64,000 bases of DNA from Oscillospiraceae bacterium (GTDB lineage Bacteria > Bacillota > Clostridia > Oscillospirales > CAG-272): contig SVSG01000008.1 of the NCBI GenBank assembly GCA_015064415.1, forward strand, positions 13,306 through 77,305. The letters are read 5' to 3'. Both the position numbers and the translations under genes were made by a program. Shown piece after piece: positions 9,398 through 17,401 of the stretch (its first letter is position 1; each line of letters opens with the position of its first letter). The notes below the pieces were generated by a model that worked only from the letters and a program-made list of their open reading frames with translations, did not search any database and was not told the DNA's origin.

Positions 9398-10228
9398 ATG
9401 AGAAAATTTCGGATTTTAGCGCTCTTTCTTTTGCTCGCGCTTTTTTGCCCTTTGCTTGGCGGTTGCGCCAAGACGGATGTGGCGCACCTGCGCCTCACGG
9501 TGCTGGACGTGGGGCAGAGTGATTGCATGCTGCTTTCCCTGGGCGAGCGGCACATGCTGATCGATACGGGCACCTCCGGCGAGCGCGCGGCCGTGCTTGG
9601 TGAGCTTGCGGCACGCGGTGTGGATAAGCTTGATTTCATTGTGGTGACACACCCGCACGAGGACCACTACGGCAATGCGCGAATTTTGCTTGAAACTCGA
9701 CCCGTTGGGGCACTAATTGTCTCAAATGCCGTTTCTCCCGACGTGGGATACAGCATGGTTTTAGAGGCGGCGGAGCGTGAGAAAACAGAGATCAGAGTTC
9801 TCTCTGACGGGGAAAGCTTTTCCTTCGGGGAGGCGGTCTGCGAGGTGTTTTGCGCCATGCCCGACGATCCGGAGGGGAACAACGCTTCGCTTGTTTTGCG
9901 CGTGCGCTTCGGTGATTGTATGTTGCTTTTCATGGGGGATGCCGAGGCCGCAGCGGAGGAGATCTTATTATCCCGCGAAACGGGATGGAATTGCGACTTT
10001 CTGAAGGTTGGTCATCACGGCTCGCGCACCGCCTGCTCGAAGGATTTTTTGCAGGCGACCACGCCCGCGATCGCCGTCATCTCCTGCGGCGAGAATAACG
10101 ATTACGGCTTTCCGCACCGCGAGGTGCTGACAGGACTTGAAGAGGTCGGCGCGGAAGTTTTCCGTACGGACGAGCGCGGATTTTTGAATTTTGTATGCGA
10201 CGGAAGGACCGTCACTTTTGAGGAATGA
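9398..10228 (+). CDS. MBL-fold metallohydrolase lipoprotein (ComEC C-terminal-domain-like)
   Basis: AGGAGG RBS; lipobox LLGGCAK; VLDVGQSDCMLL, VVTHPHEDHYGN and LKVGHHGS motifs. Confidence 0.75.
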   Translation: MRKFRILALFLLLALFCPLLGGCAKTDVAHLRLTVLDVGQSDCMLLSLGERHMLIDTGTSGERAAVLGELAARGVDKLDFIVVTHPHEDHYGNARILLETRPVGALIVSNAVSPDVGYSMVLEAAEREKTEIRVLSDGESFSFGEAVCEVFCAMPDDPEGNNASLVLRVRFGDCMLLFMGDAEAAAEEILLSRETGWNCDFLKVGHHGSRTACSKDFLQATTPAIAVISCGENNDYGFPHREVLTGLEEVGAEVFRTDERGFLNFVCDGRTVTFEE

Positions 10229-10237
10229 GGTGGACGT

Positions 10238-11170
10238 ATGTCACAAAAAAACCTACCCGTTGGGCGGTTTGCACCCACGCCAAGCGGTCGATTGCATCTG
10301 GGAAACCTGATGTGCGCGATGCTGGCGTGGCTGTCGGCAAAGTCGCGCGGCGGCAAATGTGTGTTGCGCATTGAGGATCTGGATGCCGCACGTTGCCCCT
10401 TCATGGGGGAGAACACCAAATATCTGTTGGACGATCTTGCGTGGATGGGGCTCACCTTTGACGGCGAGGTGCTCTGGCAGTCTCAGCGTACCGCGGTCTA
10501 TGAAGGGTATTTTGAAAAAATGCGCGAGGCGGGTTTGATCTATCCTTGCTATTGCTCGCGCGCGGAGCTTCACGCGGCAAGTGCGCCGCACCTGTCGGAC
10601 GGCGTGCCGCTCTATGACAGAAAGTGCCTTTTGCGCGCCGAGCGGGGCGAGGCACCCCCTCCCGGCCGCAAGCCCGCCATGCGCCTGCGCGTGCCGGATC
10701 GTGATATTGCTTTTTGCGACCTGCTGCAAGGAGAGTATACCGAAAATTTGGAGCGCGAATGCTCGGATTTCGTGGTGCGCCGTTCGGACGGCGTGTACGC
10801 CTATCAGCTGGCGGTGGTCGTGGACGATGCGCTTTCCGGTGTGAATGAGGTGGTGCGGGGCAACGATCTGCTTTCCAGCACGCCGCGCCAGATGTATATT
10901 CAGGAGCTGCTCGGCTTTTCGCATCCCGCCTACGCCCATATTCCGCTTTTGACGGATGGCGAGGGCAGACGTCTTTCCAAGCGTGAGGGCGACGGTTGCA
11001 TGGAGCGTGTGCGCGAGGTATATCCCGATCCCGCCCCCGTCATCGGGGCACTTGCGGCGGCTCTCGGGCTGATCCCGTCACCCGAAAGCATGACCGTGGC
11101 ACAGCTGTTGCCGCTGTTTGACTGGGAAAAGATCCCGCGCGATGCCATCGCCTTGCCGCAGGGATTTTAA
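10238..11170 (+). CDS. gluQ: tRNA glutamyl-Q(34) synthetase (GluRS catalytic-domain paralog)
   Basis: 310 aa. GRFAPTPSGRLHLGNL (HIGH-type motif) and RLSKRE (KMSKS-type motif). Length and lack of an anticodon-binding domain fit GluQRS. Confidence 0.75.
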   Translation: MSQKNLPVGRFAPTPSGRLHLGNLMCAMLAWLSAKSRGGKCVLRIEDLDAARCPFMGENTKYLLDDLAWMGLTFDGEVLWQSQRTAVYEGYFEKMREAGLIYPCYCSRAELHAASAPHLSDGVPLYDRKCLLRAERGEAPPPGRKPAMRLRVPDRDIAFCDLLQGEYTENLERECSDFVVRRSDGVYAYQLAVVVDDALSGVNEVVRGNDLLSSTPRQMYIQELLGFSHPAYAHIPLLTDGEGRRLSKREGDGCMERVREVYPDPAPVIGALAAALGLIPSPESMTVAQLLPLFDWEKIPRDAIALPQGF

Positions 11171-11227
11171 TAAAAAAGGGGCAAAAAGATATTTCCAAAA
11201 AACTTGAAAAAACTTTTGAAAAAGGGC

Positions 11228-11256
11228 TTGACAACACGAATGCTTTCTGCTATAAT
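11228..11256 (+). promoter_or_regulatory. Consensus sigma-A promoter for tRNA-Leu
   Basis: TTGACA (11228-11233), 17-nt spacer, TATAAT (11251-11256), 11 nt before the tRNA 5' end. Confidence 0.75.
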
Positions 11257-11267
11257 ATTAGCGTTGC

Positions 11268-11352
11268 GCGGATATGGCGGAATCGGCAGACGCAAACGTT
11301 TAAGGGGCGTTCGGGTAACTCCGTGTGAGTTCAAGTCTCACTATCCGCACCA
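11268..11352 (+). tRNA. tRNA-Leu (class II, long variable arm); the best manual fold gives anticodon AAG; CCA encoded
   Basis: Acceptor GCGGATA/TATCCGC; D arm GCG-GAATCGGCAGA-CGC; anticodon stem AACGT/GCGTT with loop TTAAGGG; 13-nt variable arm; T arm GTGAG-TTCAAGT-CTCAC; ACCA 3' end. Confidence 0.85.
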
Positions 11353-11383
11353 ACTTATGTTGCCTAAATAGATGCAGGCAGCG

Positions 11384-11417
11384 AAACCCCAGAAGCCAAG
11401 CGGCTTCTGGGGTTTTT
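11384..11417 (+). terminator. Intrinsic terminator after tRNA-Leu
   Basis: aaaccccagaagcc-aagc-ggcttctgggg followed by ttttt. Confidence 0.7.
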
Positions 11418-11554
11418 CCATGCCAATTTTTGATTGTAAAATAAAAAGATGCAAATGCCGATTTTCGCGCGCTGATAGGGACATGAACCATTACGCCATA
11501 CACATTACATAAATTTCCCGATGCAATAATACAACATTTTTTCTGTTTTTGGTA

Positions 11555-11583
11555 TTGCATTTTTTCTGAAACTGTGATACAAT
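11555..11583 (+). promoter_or_regulatory. Orphan sigma-A-type promoter with an extended -10
   Basis: TTGCAT (11555-11560), 17-nt spacer, TGaTACAAT (-10 at 11578-11583). No plus-strand ORF follows. Confidence 0.5.
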
Positions 11584-11589
11584 ATTAAT

Positions 11590-11661
11590 GCACAACAAGT
11601 GGTGTGTTTTAGCATATCACGACACCAAGCGGCTATTGGCGTAGCCGCTTGGTGTTTTTTT
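11590..11661 (+). ncRNA. Candidate ~70-nt small RNA (promoter-to-terminator unit)
   Basis: Predicted start about 7 nt after the -10. 13-bp hairpin acaccaagcggct/agccgcttggtgt (11622-11655) plus a T7 run. Its first 28 nt recur at 13187-13214. Confidence 0.4.
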
Positions 11662-11678
11662 ATGCGGTGTAGCATGTG

Positions 11679-11969
11679 TTATCCGTATAGAACGGTTATA
11701 TCATCGTGAGCTTCATAAATCGTGCGACCATCAAATATTTTAGCTTTTTCAAATTCATTTACACAATCAGCGTTGGTTTTTCCGTGACATTTGAAAATAT
11801 AGTTTCCATCTCCAAAGCACTCAAAAATCACGAACTCGACTTGTGTGGGATCCGCTTCGTACGGTTGCGATTCCATGAAATATCTTTTGCCACGATATTC
11901 ATATTCTTTTTCAGGACCGCCCATTGTTAGTAAATCATTGATAAATTCACTCAAAGTATTTCCCTTCAT
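11679..11969 (-). CDS. Small hypothetical protein (96 aa), immunity-like position
   Basis: AAGGGGG RBS about 9 nt upstream of the ATG at 11969. Overlaps the upstream ORF by 23 nt. AT-rich codon usage, unlike the flanking core genes. Confidence 0.55.
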   Translation of the reverse strand: MKGNTLSEFINDLLTMGGPEKEYEYRGKRYFMESQPYEADPTQVEFVIFECFGDGNYIFKCHGKTNADCVNEFEKAKIFDGRTIYEAHDDITVLYG

Positions 11970-12357
11970 CTATGTTTACCCCCTTGAAGAATTTTTTGTA
12001 TTTTTGATACTCGGCACGATTTAATTTGCGCTTTTCTGTTGTTGGATCATTGTGATAATCAATGCCGGGCTTTTGCTGAATGTGGATATGCAAAACATCA
12101 CCTTTCCCCAATGATTTTTCGTGATGATATCCAATTTCCAATACCACTTCGTGATTGGAATTGTATTCACGATATTGGTGAAAAATATTGTCCTTGTCCA
12201 GCAAAACATAACTTGAACTTGAGTGCGCTTCCTCGGGCAATTTTAACGATTTTGAAGAATCCATTGGTTTTAATACTTTAACACCATCAATTTTTCCAAC
12301 GGTATTATAAGTGTACGGAACAGCATTTCCGCTTGCAAAAGTGCCGCGCCCACCCAT
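11947..12357 (-). CDS. Hypothetical protein (136 aa), His-rich (GYHHE, HIHI)
   Basis: AAAGGTGG RBS. Starts 1 nt after the DUF4417 stop. N-terminus MGGRGTFASGN. No family recognised. Confidence 0.55.
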   Translation of the reverse strand: MGGRGTFASGNAVPYTYNTVGKIDGVKVLKPMDSSKSLKLPEEAHSSSSYVLLDKDNIFHQYREYNSNHEVVLEIGYHHEKSLGKGDVLHIHIQQKPGIDYHNDPTTEKRKLNRAEYQKYKKFFKGVNIDEGKYFE

Positions 12358-12358
12358 A

Positions 12359-12982
12359 TCAGCGTACCACCTTTCTGGATTCCATATAATCGATAGGGAT
12401 TATATTTCCTTCCATTTCTGCAAAAGGTGTACCAAAACAAATGATCTGCGAAGGCGCAATTCTTTCAAGCAGTGTATTATAGCCACGCAAAAAATGAAGT
12501 TTGTTTTGCTTGCAACCGATCATTCCGATTGCAACGATTGAATTCTGTTCTACACCGTCAAAACAAAATTCAAAGCTTTGAGCAAGTCCCCAGCTTACTG
12601 TCGGTATAACGGTCAATCCCTTGCTTTGCCAATATGCCCCTACCCAACGATTTTTGGCAACGCTTTCAAGCTGTCGCCACAAACTCATATCACTATAAGT
12701 GGAGAAATCGGGAGAAAGTAAGAAGGCATATTGAGAGTATCGGGATAACGTGCGATCCGGATTGTTGTATATGCCGCTAAAACGGTAGTCATCCACGAAA
12801 AAGTGAACGCCCTTTTCAATGTTTTCGGGGCGGTCATTTGCTCTTGTATCGGAGCAGGCGACCAATTTGATATTTGATGTATCAAGTTCTTGCTTGTGGA
12901 TAAGCGGAATCTCCCATTTACCCACCGTTGCGAATTCATTTCGCATAAAAAGAGGGTTGTCCCTCATATTTTTAGAAGTCAT
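12359..12982 (-). CDS. DUF4417 domain protein
   Basis: GVHFFVDDYRF, FLLSPDFS and WVGAYWQSKGLTVIPTVSW resemble DUF4417. Start chosen at MTSKNM (GGAGG 11 nt upstream); the ORF is open to 13078. Confidence 0.6.
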   Translation of the reverse strand: MTSKNMRDNPLFMRNEFATVGKWEIPLIHKQELDTSNIKLVACSDTRANDRPENIEKGVHFFVDDYRFSGIYNNPDRTLSRYSQYAFLLSPDFSTYSDMSLWRQLESVAKNRWVGAYWQSKGLTVIPTVSWGLAQSFEFCFDGVEQNSIVAIGMIGCKQNKLHFLRGYNTLLERIAPSQIICFGTPFAEMEGNIIPIDYMESRKVVR

Positions 12983-13186
12983 ATGTTTTAGTGCCTCCAA
13001 CACTTTTGAAGTTGTATGGAGACAAAGCGCTGTCGAAAGGTTCTTTGTATGAGCTTTATCTCCAGAACGGGAAACCACTTTTCAATCTTAAACTTGTAAA
13101 TATTATAAGTATGAGAGTGGTTGACCGGCAATGCGGTCTACTATTAAAGCGCACTTCAGAAAGGGTAGGCCAAAACAGCACTTTTT

Positions 13187-13214
13187 TGCACAACAAGTGG
13201 CGTGTTTTAGCATA
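13187..13214 (+). repeat. Second copy of a 28-nt direct repeat (tgcacaacaagtggYgtgttttagcata)
   Basis: 27/28 identical to 11589-11616, in the same orientation. Confidence 0.85.
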
Positions 13215-13286
13215 CCCCTACTGAATAAAGGTGGGTGAACTATTCGATTTTGAGCATCAAAGTATTGGCGTACAATGATGCTTACA

Positions 13287-13829
13287 TTAAACATCCATAG
13301 CGACCGCCTCCTTTAAGTAAATATTGCGTTGATAGCTTGCCGCTTCGAGAGATACTCCGCATTTTTCTACGATCTCCTCAACGGTCATGCCCTCTACGCG
13401 ATCCTTTGGAATCATGAACTCCCCTGCAAAGCATTTTGCCTGCCATTCAGGATCCTTAAAGGAAGGGATTTTCGCATTATCGTATGTTCTTGTCAGGGTA
13501 AATCCGCAGAAGCAAAGCATAAAGAAATGGCCGATCTCATGTGCGATGGTCATGCGATCGCGACCTTCGCCATTGCAAGCACGCTCATAAATCGTTTGCT
13601 TGATGCGAATGTGTCCAGTCGTAATATCGGTTTGCGCATGCTCGTTCCATGGCAGCTCATCATCCTCTACAATCTCATAATCGAAATTGGGGAAGTGAAC
13701 GGTCATGAAATCGAGAAGCGTTACAATAGGGAAATGGAGCTGATCCATGTCACCAAGACTTCGTCGAAAGCTGGTCGCAAGAGCTCGGATGCTTTTGCGA
13801 CCATGGGGTTCTACCATGTACTGACTCAC
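13287..13829 (-). CDS. ImmA/IrrE family metallo-endopeptidase
   Basis: 180 aa. TIAHEIGHFFM (HEXXH) and a downstream EFMIP motif. Immediately downstream of an XRE gene. Confidence 0.75.
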   Translation of the reverse strand: MSQYMVEPHGRKSIRALATSFRRSLGDMDQLHFPIVTLLDFMTVHFPNFDYEIVEDDELPWNEHAQTDITTGHIRIKQTIYERACNGEGRDRMTIAHEIGHFFMLCFCGFTLTRTYDNAKIPSFKDPEWQAKCFAGEFMIPKDRVEGMTVEEIVEKCGVSLEAASYQRNIYLKEAVAMDV

Positions 13830-13835
13830 CGAAAA

Positions 13836-14198
13836 TTAGTCCTCCTTGTTTTTGGAAAGAATGCCGAACAGCTCATCGATCTGTTCAGGGGTAAGGGAAT
13901 CAAATTGACGTGCGAATGACACAGCCAATCTGCGATTAGCAAAGGGCGATGCGGCAATGTCGATTTCAATGACATTGCTGGTTTCCATCACGATTTGCCG
14001 GATGTGGTTGAGTTCAGCTTCAGAAACGTTGTAAAGAGTTGCCAGCTTGTCATACCAAGTCTCTGGGAACTTCTTTTTTCCGTTTTCAACTGCTGAAAGA
14101 AAAGCGGAAGTGACGTTCAGACGGTGAGCCATGTCCTTTAAAATCTCGTTGTTGTGTAATCGTATGTTGGCTAAAATCTGACCCAATTCTGTTTTCAT
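13836..14198 (-). CDS. XRE-family helix-turn-helix transcriptional regulator
   Basis: 120 aa. N-terminal HTH LGQILANIRLHNNEILKDMAHRLNVTSAFLSAVENGKK. Confidence 0.75.
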   Translation of the reverse strand: MKTELGQILANIRLHNNEILKDMAHRLNVTSAFLSAVENGKKKFPETWYDKLATLYNVSEAELNHIRQIVMETSNVIEIDIAASPFANRRLAVSFARQFDSLTPEQIDELFGILSKNKED

Positions 14199-14216
14199 AT
14201 TCGTTCTTCTCCTTTG

Positions 14217-14281
14217 TTAACCCGATTAGGTTAATACTATTATATCACAACTTTTTCGAAAAATCAACCCTGTCAGGTTAA
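14217..14281 (-). promoter_or_regulatory. XRE promoter with two palindromic operators
   Basis: O1 TTAACC-N6-GGTTAA (14217-14234). O2 TCAACC-N6-GGTTAA (14264-14281). On the minus strand, TTGATT (-35, 14267-14262), 17 nt, TGaTATAAT (-10, 14244-14239). O2 overlaps the -35 and O1 lies between the -10 and the RBS. Confidence 0.6.
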
Positions 14282-14310
14282 TTTTTTGAAATTTTTCTGC
14301 AAGTTTCAAA

Positions 14311-14620
14311 ATGCATCTATTAAGGCCACACTTGAAATTGCAAAAATGGTGCACTTTTGAGAAAAGTGACCTTCAAAAAATGCTGAAACCCTTGAAAACA
14401 CCGGGTTTTCGCGTTTTGGCAGATGCATCTAAATTGGCCACACCAGCCAAAACAAAAAAGACGGCAGCTGCCGTCTTTTTTGTTTTTATCCAAGTCGCAG
14501 GCGTGATGGGCGCAGAGCTCTGCAAAGCGGGCAAGATCCGTCTTCTTGAATCCCTACGCAAGCATTTTGAGGGCGGACTTTTCACGATCTTCGTGAAAGT
14601 CCCGCCCTTTTTCGTTTTTC
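14311..14620 (+). repeat. Intergenic repeat family, copy A (full length, two plus-oriented terminator hairpins)
   Basis: About 145 nt aligns with 24845-24985. Hairpins: aaaaaagacggcagctgccgtctttttt (14454-14481) and gggcggacttttcacga/tcgtgaaagtcccgccc (14571-14607) with a T-run. The tail resembles copy C. Confidence 0.75.
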
Positions 14621-14668
14621 TGATTGTTAAATGCCTGAGTCTTAATAACAAATGCTGAAAGGTGAAAA

Positions 14669-16480
14669 TTATACAAGCGGGAGCTCGGTCATGCGAAGCT
14701 TGGCGCAGCCGTACGGATACAATTCCACTTCCTTTTCTTCTCCGAAGGGCGTGCGCGATTGTGGCACCTCGGCACAGACCGTATCATATCTCGCTTCAAG
14801 CCCCCAGGGGATTCTGACCACCTTTGCCCTCACCACCACGGGCGGTTTTTTGGAACTGAACGGAATGTCAGAGATCTTGCGCTTTTCTAATCCGAAGAAG
14901 GGTGACGAATAGCCGTATTGCCACTCGGTGGTCGGAATATACTCATAATCGCAATAAGGATATTTTCGCTCGACCCCATTTGTAACGTATTCCAGTCTTT
15001 TTTCCTCAAAGTCGATGGGAAGCGAGAACACGAGCGAGCCGCAACGCACGCATTTCAAATCATGGGGGCGGTCGATCAATACGGGGTGCGCATCAAATTC
15101 AACGTTGATCTGTCTCGTTTCCCTTGCGCTGATCTCAAAGCACAACTCGTTGCAAGGGCCAATCGCGCGGCCGTTGACCTTGATCTCTTTGGCAAAGGAG
15201 GGAACTCTGATCTTGAAGGTGATGTTTTTTTGTGATTCTATCGTATACAAAAAGCTGTTCTCAAAGGGATAGTCGGTTTTTAACGTGATAGACAGCTCAT
15301 CGGTTTTCAGCGACGAGGGGATCGGAACAGAGGAAATGACGGTATCGCCATCGTGCATGAATGCCGAAAGCGCGAATTTGGGCCACCCTTGTCCGAAATT
15401 TGCGGTACAGCAGCCGTAATTGGGTTCAAGCCCGAACAGGTGCGACTCCCTTCCGTTCGTTCCGAATATCGCTCTTGCGGGAAATTTTTGGCAAGCGATT
15501 TGGTTGCTCAGCTGGTCATACTGATGTGCCCACATATCATCGCTGATCGTTGCAGGGAGCGCATTAAAGGCGAGCACCTCGAGCCGTTCTGCCCACTTGC
15601 TCTCTCCCGTGTATGCGAGGAGCCATTCGTAGGAATACATTTGCTCGACCACACCGCAAAGCTCCGTGCCGTGAATGGCGCTGAGCCCCGAAAGGCACTC
15701 ATCCCCCGTAAAGCTTTCCACAGGCATACCGTTGTATGCCTTCAATATGGTCACAAGACGCTCTGCGACGTCCGTATACTCCTTTCCCAAAAGGTCACAG
15801 CTGACCGCCTCGTGCTTAAGCATCATACCGATGTTCACGATATGCGTTTCAAACTTCCAATGATTGACCGGGCGCTTCCAAAGCTTGCTTTGTGCCTCAT
15901 AATCAAGCCCCTGCTCCTTGAGCATCTTCGCAAGCGCAACGATCCATTCCTCCTTGTACCTTTCCCACAAAAAATTGAGCGCCACAAAGCCCTCATACCA
16001 GCGTGAGCGCCCCCAATCGAAAAGAGAGATGGTTTTGCTTGCAAGCAATTCGTAATAGTTTTTCATCACGCGATAGAGCGCATCGGGGATCCGTTCGTCG
16101 CCCGAGCATTCGTAATAGACCACAAGCACCTTGGAGATCAACTGCACCGCCCAGGTGTCGTACTCTGGGATCGCTTCATCGGCGCAGGGGCAGATCCATC
16201 CACTCGGTTTTTGATGGGAGAGGATCGCATCGATATAGGTTTTCGCCCTTGCGATCATATCTTCATTTTCCAAAAGATAAGCAAGCGGAATGAAGCCGTC
16301 AAGCCAATACGGCACTCTTTCCCAGCCCTCCGCGTTTCCGCCTATCCATGCACTGTCTTTTACGTCTCTCCAGACCTTGTCCAGATTTCCGGCAAGGCCT
16401 TGTGCCTGTATTTCCAGCTGACGCCTAAGCCAGCCATTTGGCTTCAATTCCTTTGGGGTATAAAAGCTATATTTTTTCAT
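14669..16480 (-). CDS. Putative beta-L-arabinofuranosidase-like glycoside hydrolase (GH127/GH146-type)
   Basis: 603 aa. N-terminus NGWLRRQLEIQAQGLAGNLD...WERVPYWLDGFIPLAYLL resembles DUF1680/GH127-related proteins. ATG at 16480 lies 7 nt after GGGAG. Family call is from memory only. Confidence 0.5.
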   Translation of the reverse strand: MKKYSFYTPKELKPNGWLRRQLEIQAQGLAGNLDKVWRDVKDSAWIGGNAEGWERVPYWLDGFIPLAYLLENEDMIARAKTYIDAILSHQKPSGWICPCADEAIPEYDTWAVQLISKVLVVYYECSGDERIPDALYRVMKNYYELLASKTISLFDWGRSRWYEGFVALNFLWERYKEEWIVALAKMLKEQGLDYEAQSKLWKRPVNHWKFETHIVNIGMMLKHEAVSCDLLGKEYTDVAERLVTILKAYNGMPVESFTGDECLSGLSAIHGTELCGVVEQMYSYEWLLAYTGESKWAERLEVLAFNALPATISDDMWAHQYDQLSNQIACQKFPARAIFGTNGRESHLFGLEPNYGCCTANFGQGWPKFALSAFMHDGDTVISSVPIPSSLKTDELSITLKTDYPFENSFLYTIESQKNITFKIRVPSFAKEIKVNGRAIGPCNELCFEISARETRQINVEFDAHPVLIDRPHDLKCVRCGSLVFSLPIDFEEKRLEYVTNGVERKYPYCDYEYIPTTEWQYGYSSPFFGLEKRKISDIPFSSKKPPVVVRAKVVRIPWGLEARYDTVCAEVPQSRTPFGEEKEVELYPYGCAKLRMTELPLV

Positions 16481-16615
16481 CAAATCACTCCCTTGTTTTT
16501 TTGTTTATTATATCACACAAAATTTTTGTTTGAAATGGTTAAAAAATCACATTTTATTGACAAAATCACACAAAGGTGCTATACTTTTTTCAAGGTTGGG
16601 TTGGGAGGTTTATTT

Positions 16616-17383
16616 ATGATAGGGATTGATTTGAATAAAAACGTCATCTATAAATTTGCATCCTTTCGTTATTTTGAAAACGCGGAGCATCACGTCACCC
16701 GCTTTTGCAAGGATAACGTTTTGCTTTTGGTCTTTGACGGGGTGTTGCGTTTTTCCGAGGACGGCGTGGAAAAAGAGGTTCGTGCGGGTGAATATTACGT
16801 GCAAAGAAAGAACGTCTATCAAGCAGGCGAGATCGCAAGCGACGAGCCGAAGTATTTTTACGTGCATTTTGATGCCGAATGGAGCGATAGCGAGGAGAAT
16901 TTTCCTCAAAAAGGGAAATTCAACCTCACAGAGCTTTCCGAGCTTATGAAAAAGCTGGATGCTGTTGCCCACGGGGATAGCACACACGCCGAGAGACAAT
17001 ATCTGTTTCTCAAGCTGATACTGATGCTCAAAGAAAAGCCGCTTACAAGCCGCACGGCAAGTCGGCTTTCCGATTATATAGAGGAAAATCTTGCCAAGAT
17101 CTCTTCGCTATCCGACATTTGCAACACCTTTCATTACAGCAAAAACTACATCATACGACTATTCAAAAAGGAATTTGGGCTCTCTCCGATACAGTATATC
17201 AACGATGCAAAAATAAAGAGAGCCATGTATTTGTTAGAGACAACCTCAAGACCGGTCAAGGAGATCACGGAAGAATGCGGGTATTCCGACTATCCTTATT
17301 TTTATAAGCGCTTCGTACGCAAAACGGGATCATCGCCGCTGCGATGGAGAGCGCAAATGCAAGAAAACCCGCTGATAAAATGA
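16616..17383 (+). CDS. AraC-family transcriptional regulator
   Basis: GGGAGG RBS. Cupin-like N-domain plus C-terminal AraC HTH (YSKNYIIRLFKKEFGLSPIQYINDAKIKRAMYLL...GYSDYPYFYKRF). Divergent from the GH gene. Confidence 0.8.
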   Translation: MIGIDLNKNVIYKFASFRYFENAEHHVTRFCKDNVLLLVFDGVLRFSEDGVEKEVRAGEYYVQRKNVYQAGEIASDEPKYFYVHFDAEWSDSEENFPQKGKFNLTELSELMKKLDAVAHGDSTHAERQYLFLKLILMLKEKPLTSRTASRLSDYIEENLAKISSLSDICNTFHYSKNYIIRLFKKEFGLSPIQYINDAKIKRAMYLLETTSRPVKEITEECGYSDYPYFYKRFVRKTGSSPLRWRAQMQENPLIK

Positions 17384-17401
17384 GTTTTTGTGACGAAAAA
17401 C

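Noticed and set aside
11300-11560. 86-aa minus-strand ORF overlapping the 3' half of tRNA-Leu.
   Set aside because: It overlaps a well-formed tRNA and its terminator, and shows no RBS or coding signal.
14311-14658. ORFs of 115 aa (+) and 92 aa (-) between the XRE gene and the GH127-like gene.
   Set aside because: They lie entirely within repeat copy A, cross two terminator hairpins, and have no RBS. The homologous copies elsewhere do not preserve the frames.
16211-16615. Upstream extension of the AraC ORF (track start 16211).
   Set aside because: The extension overlaps the 5' end of the divergent GH gene and the shared promoter region. GGGAGG precedes the ATG at 16616, which begins a normal AraC N-domain.
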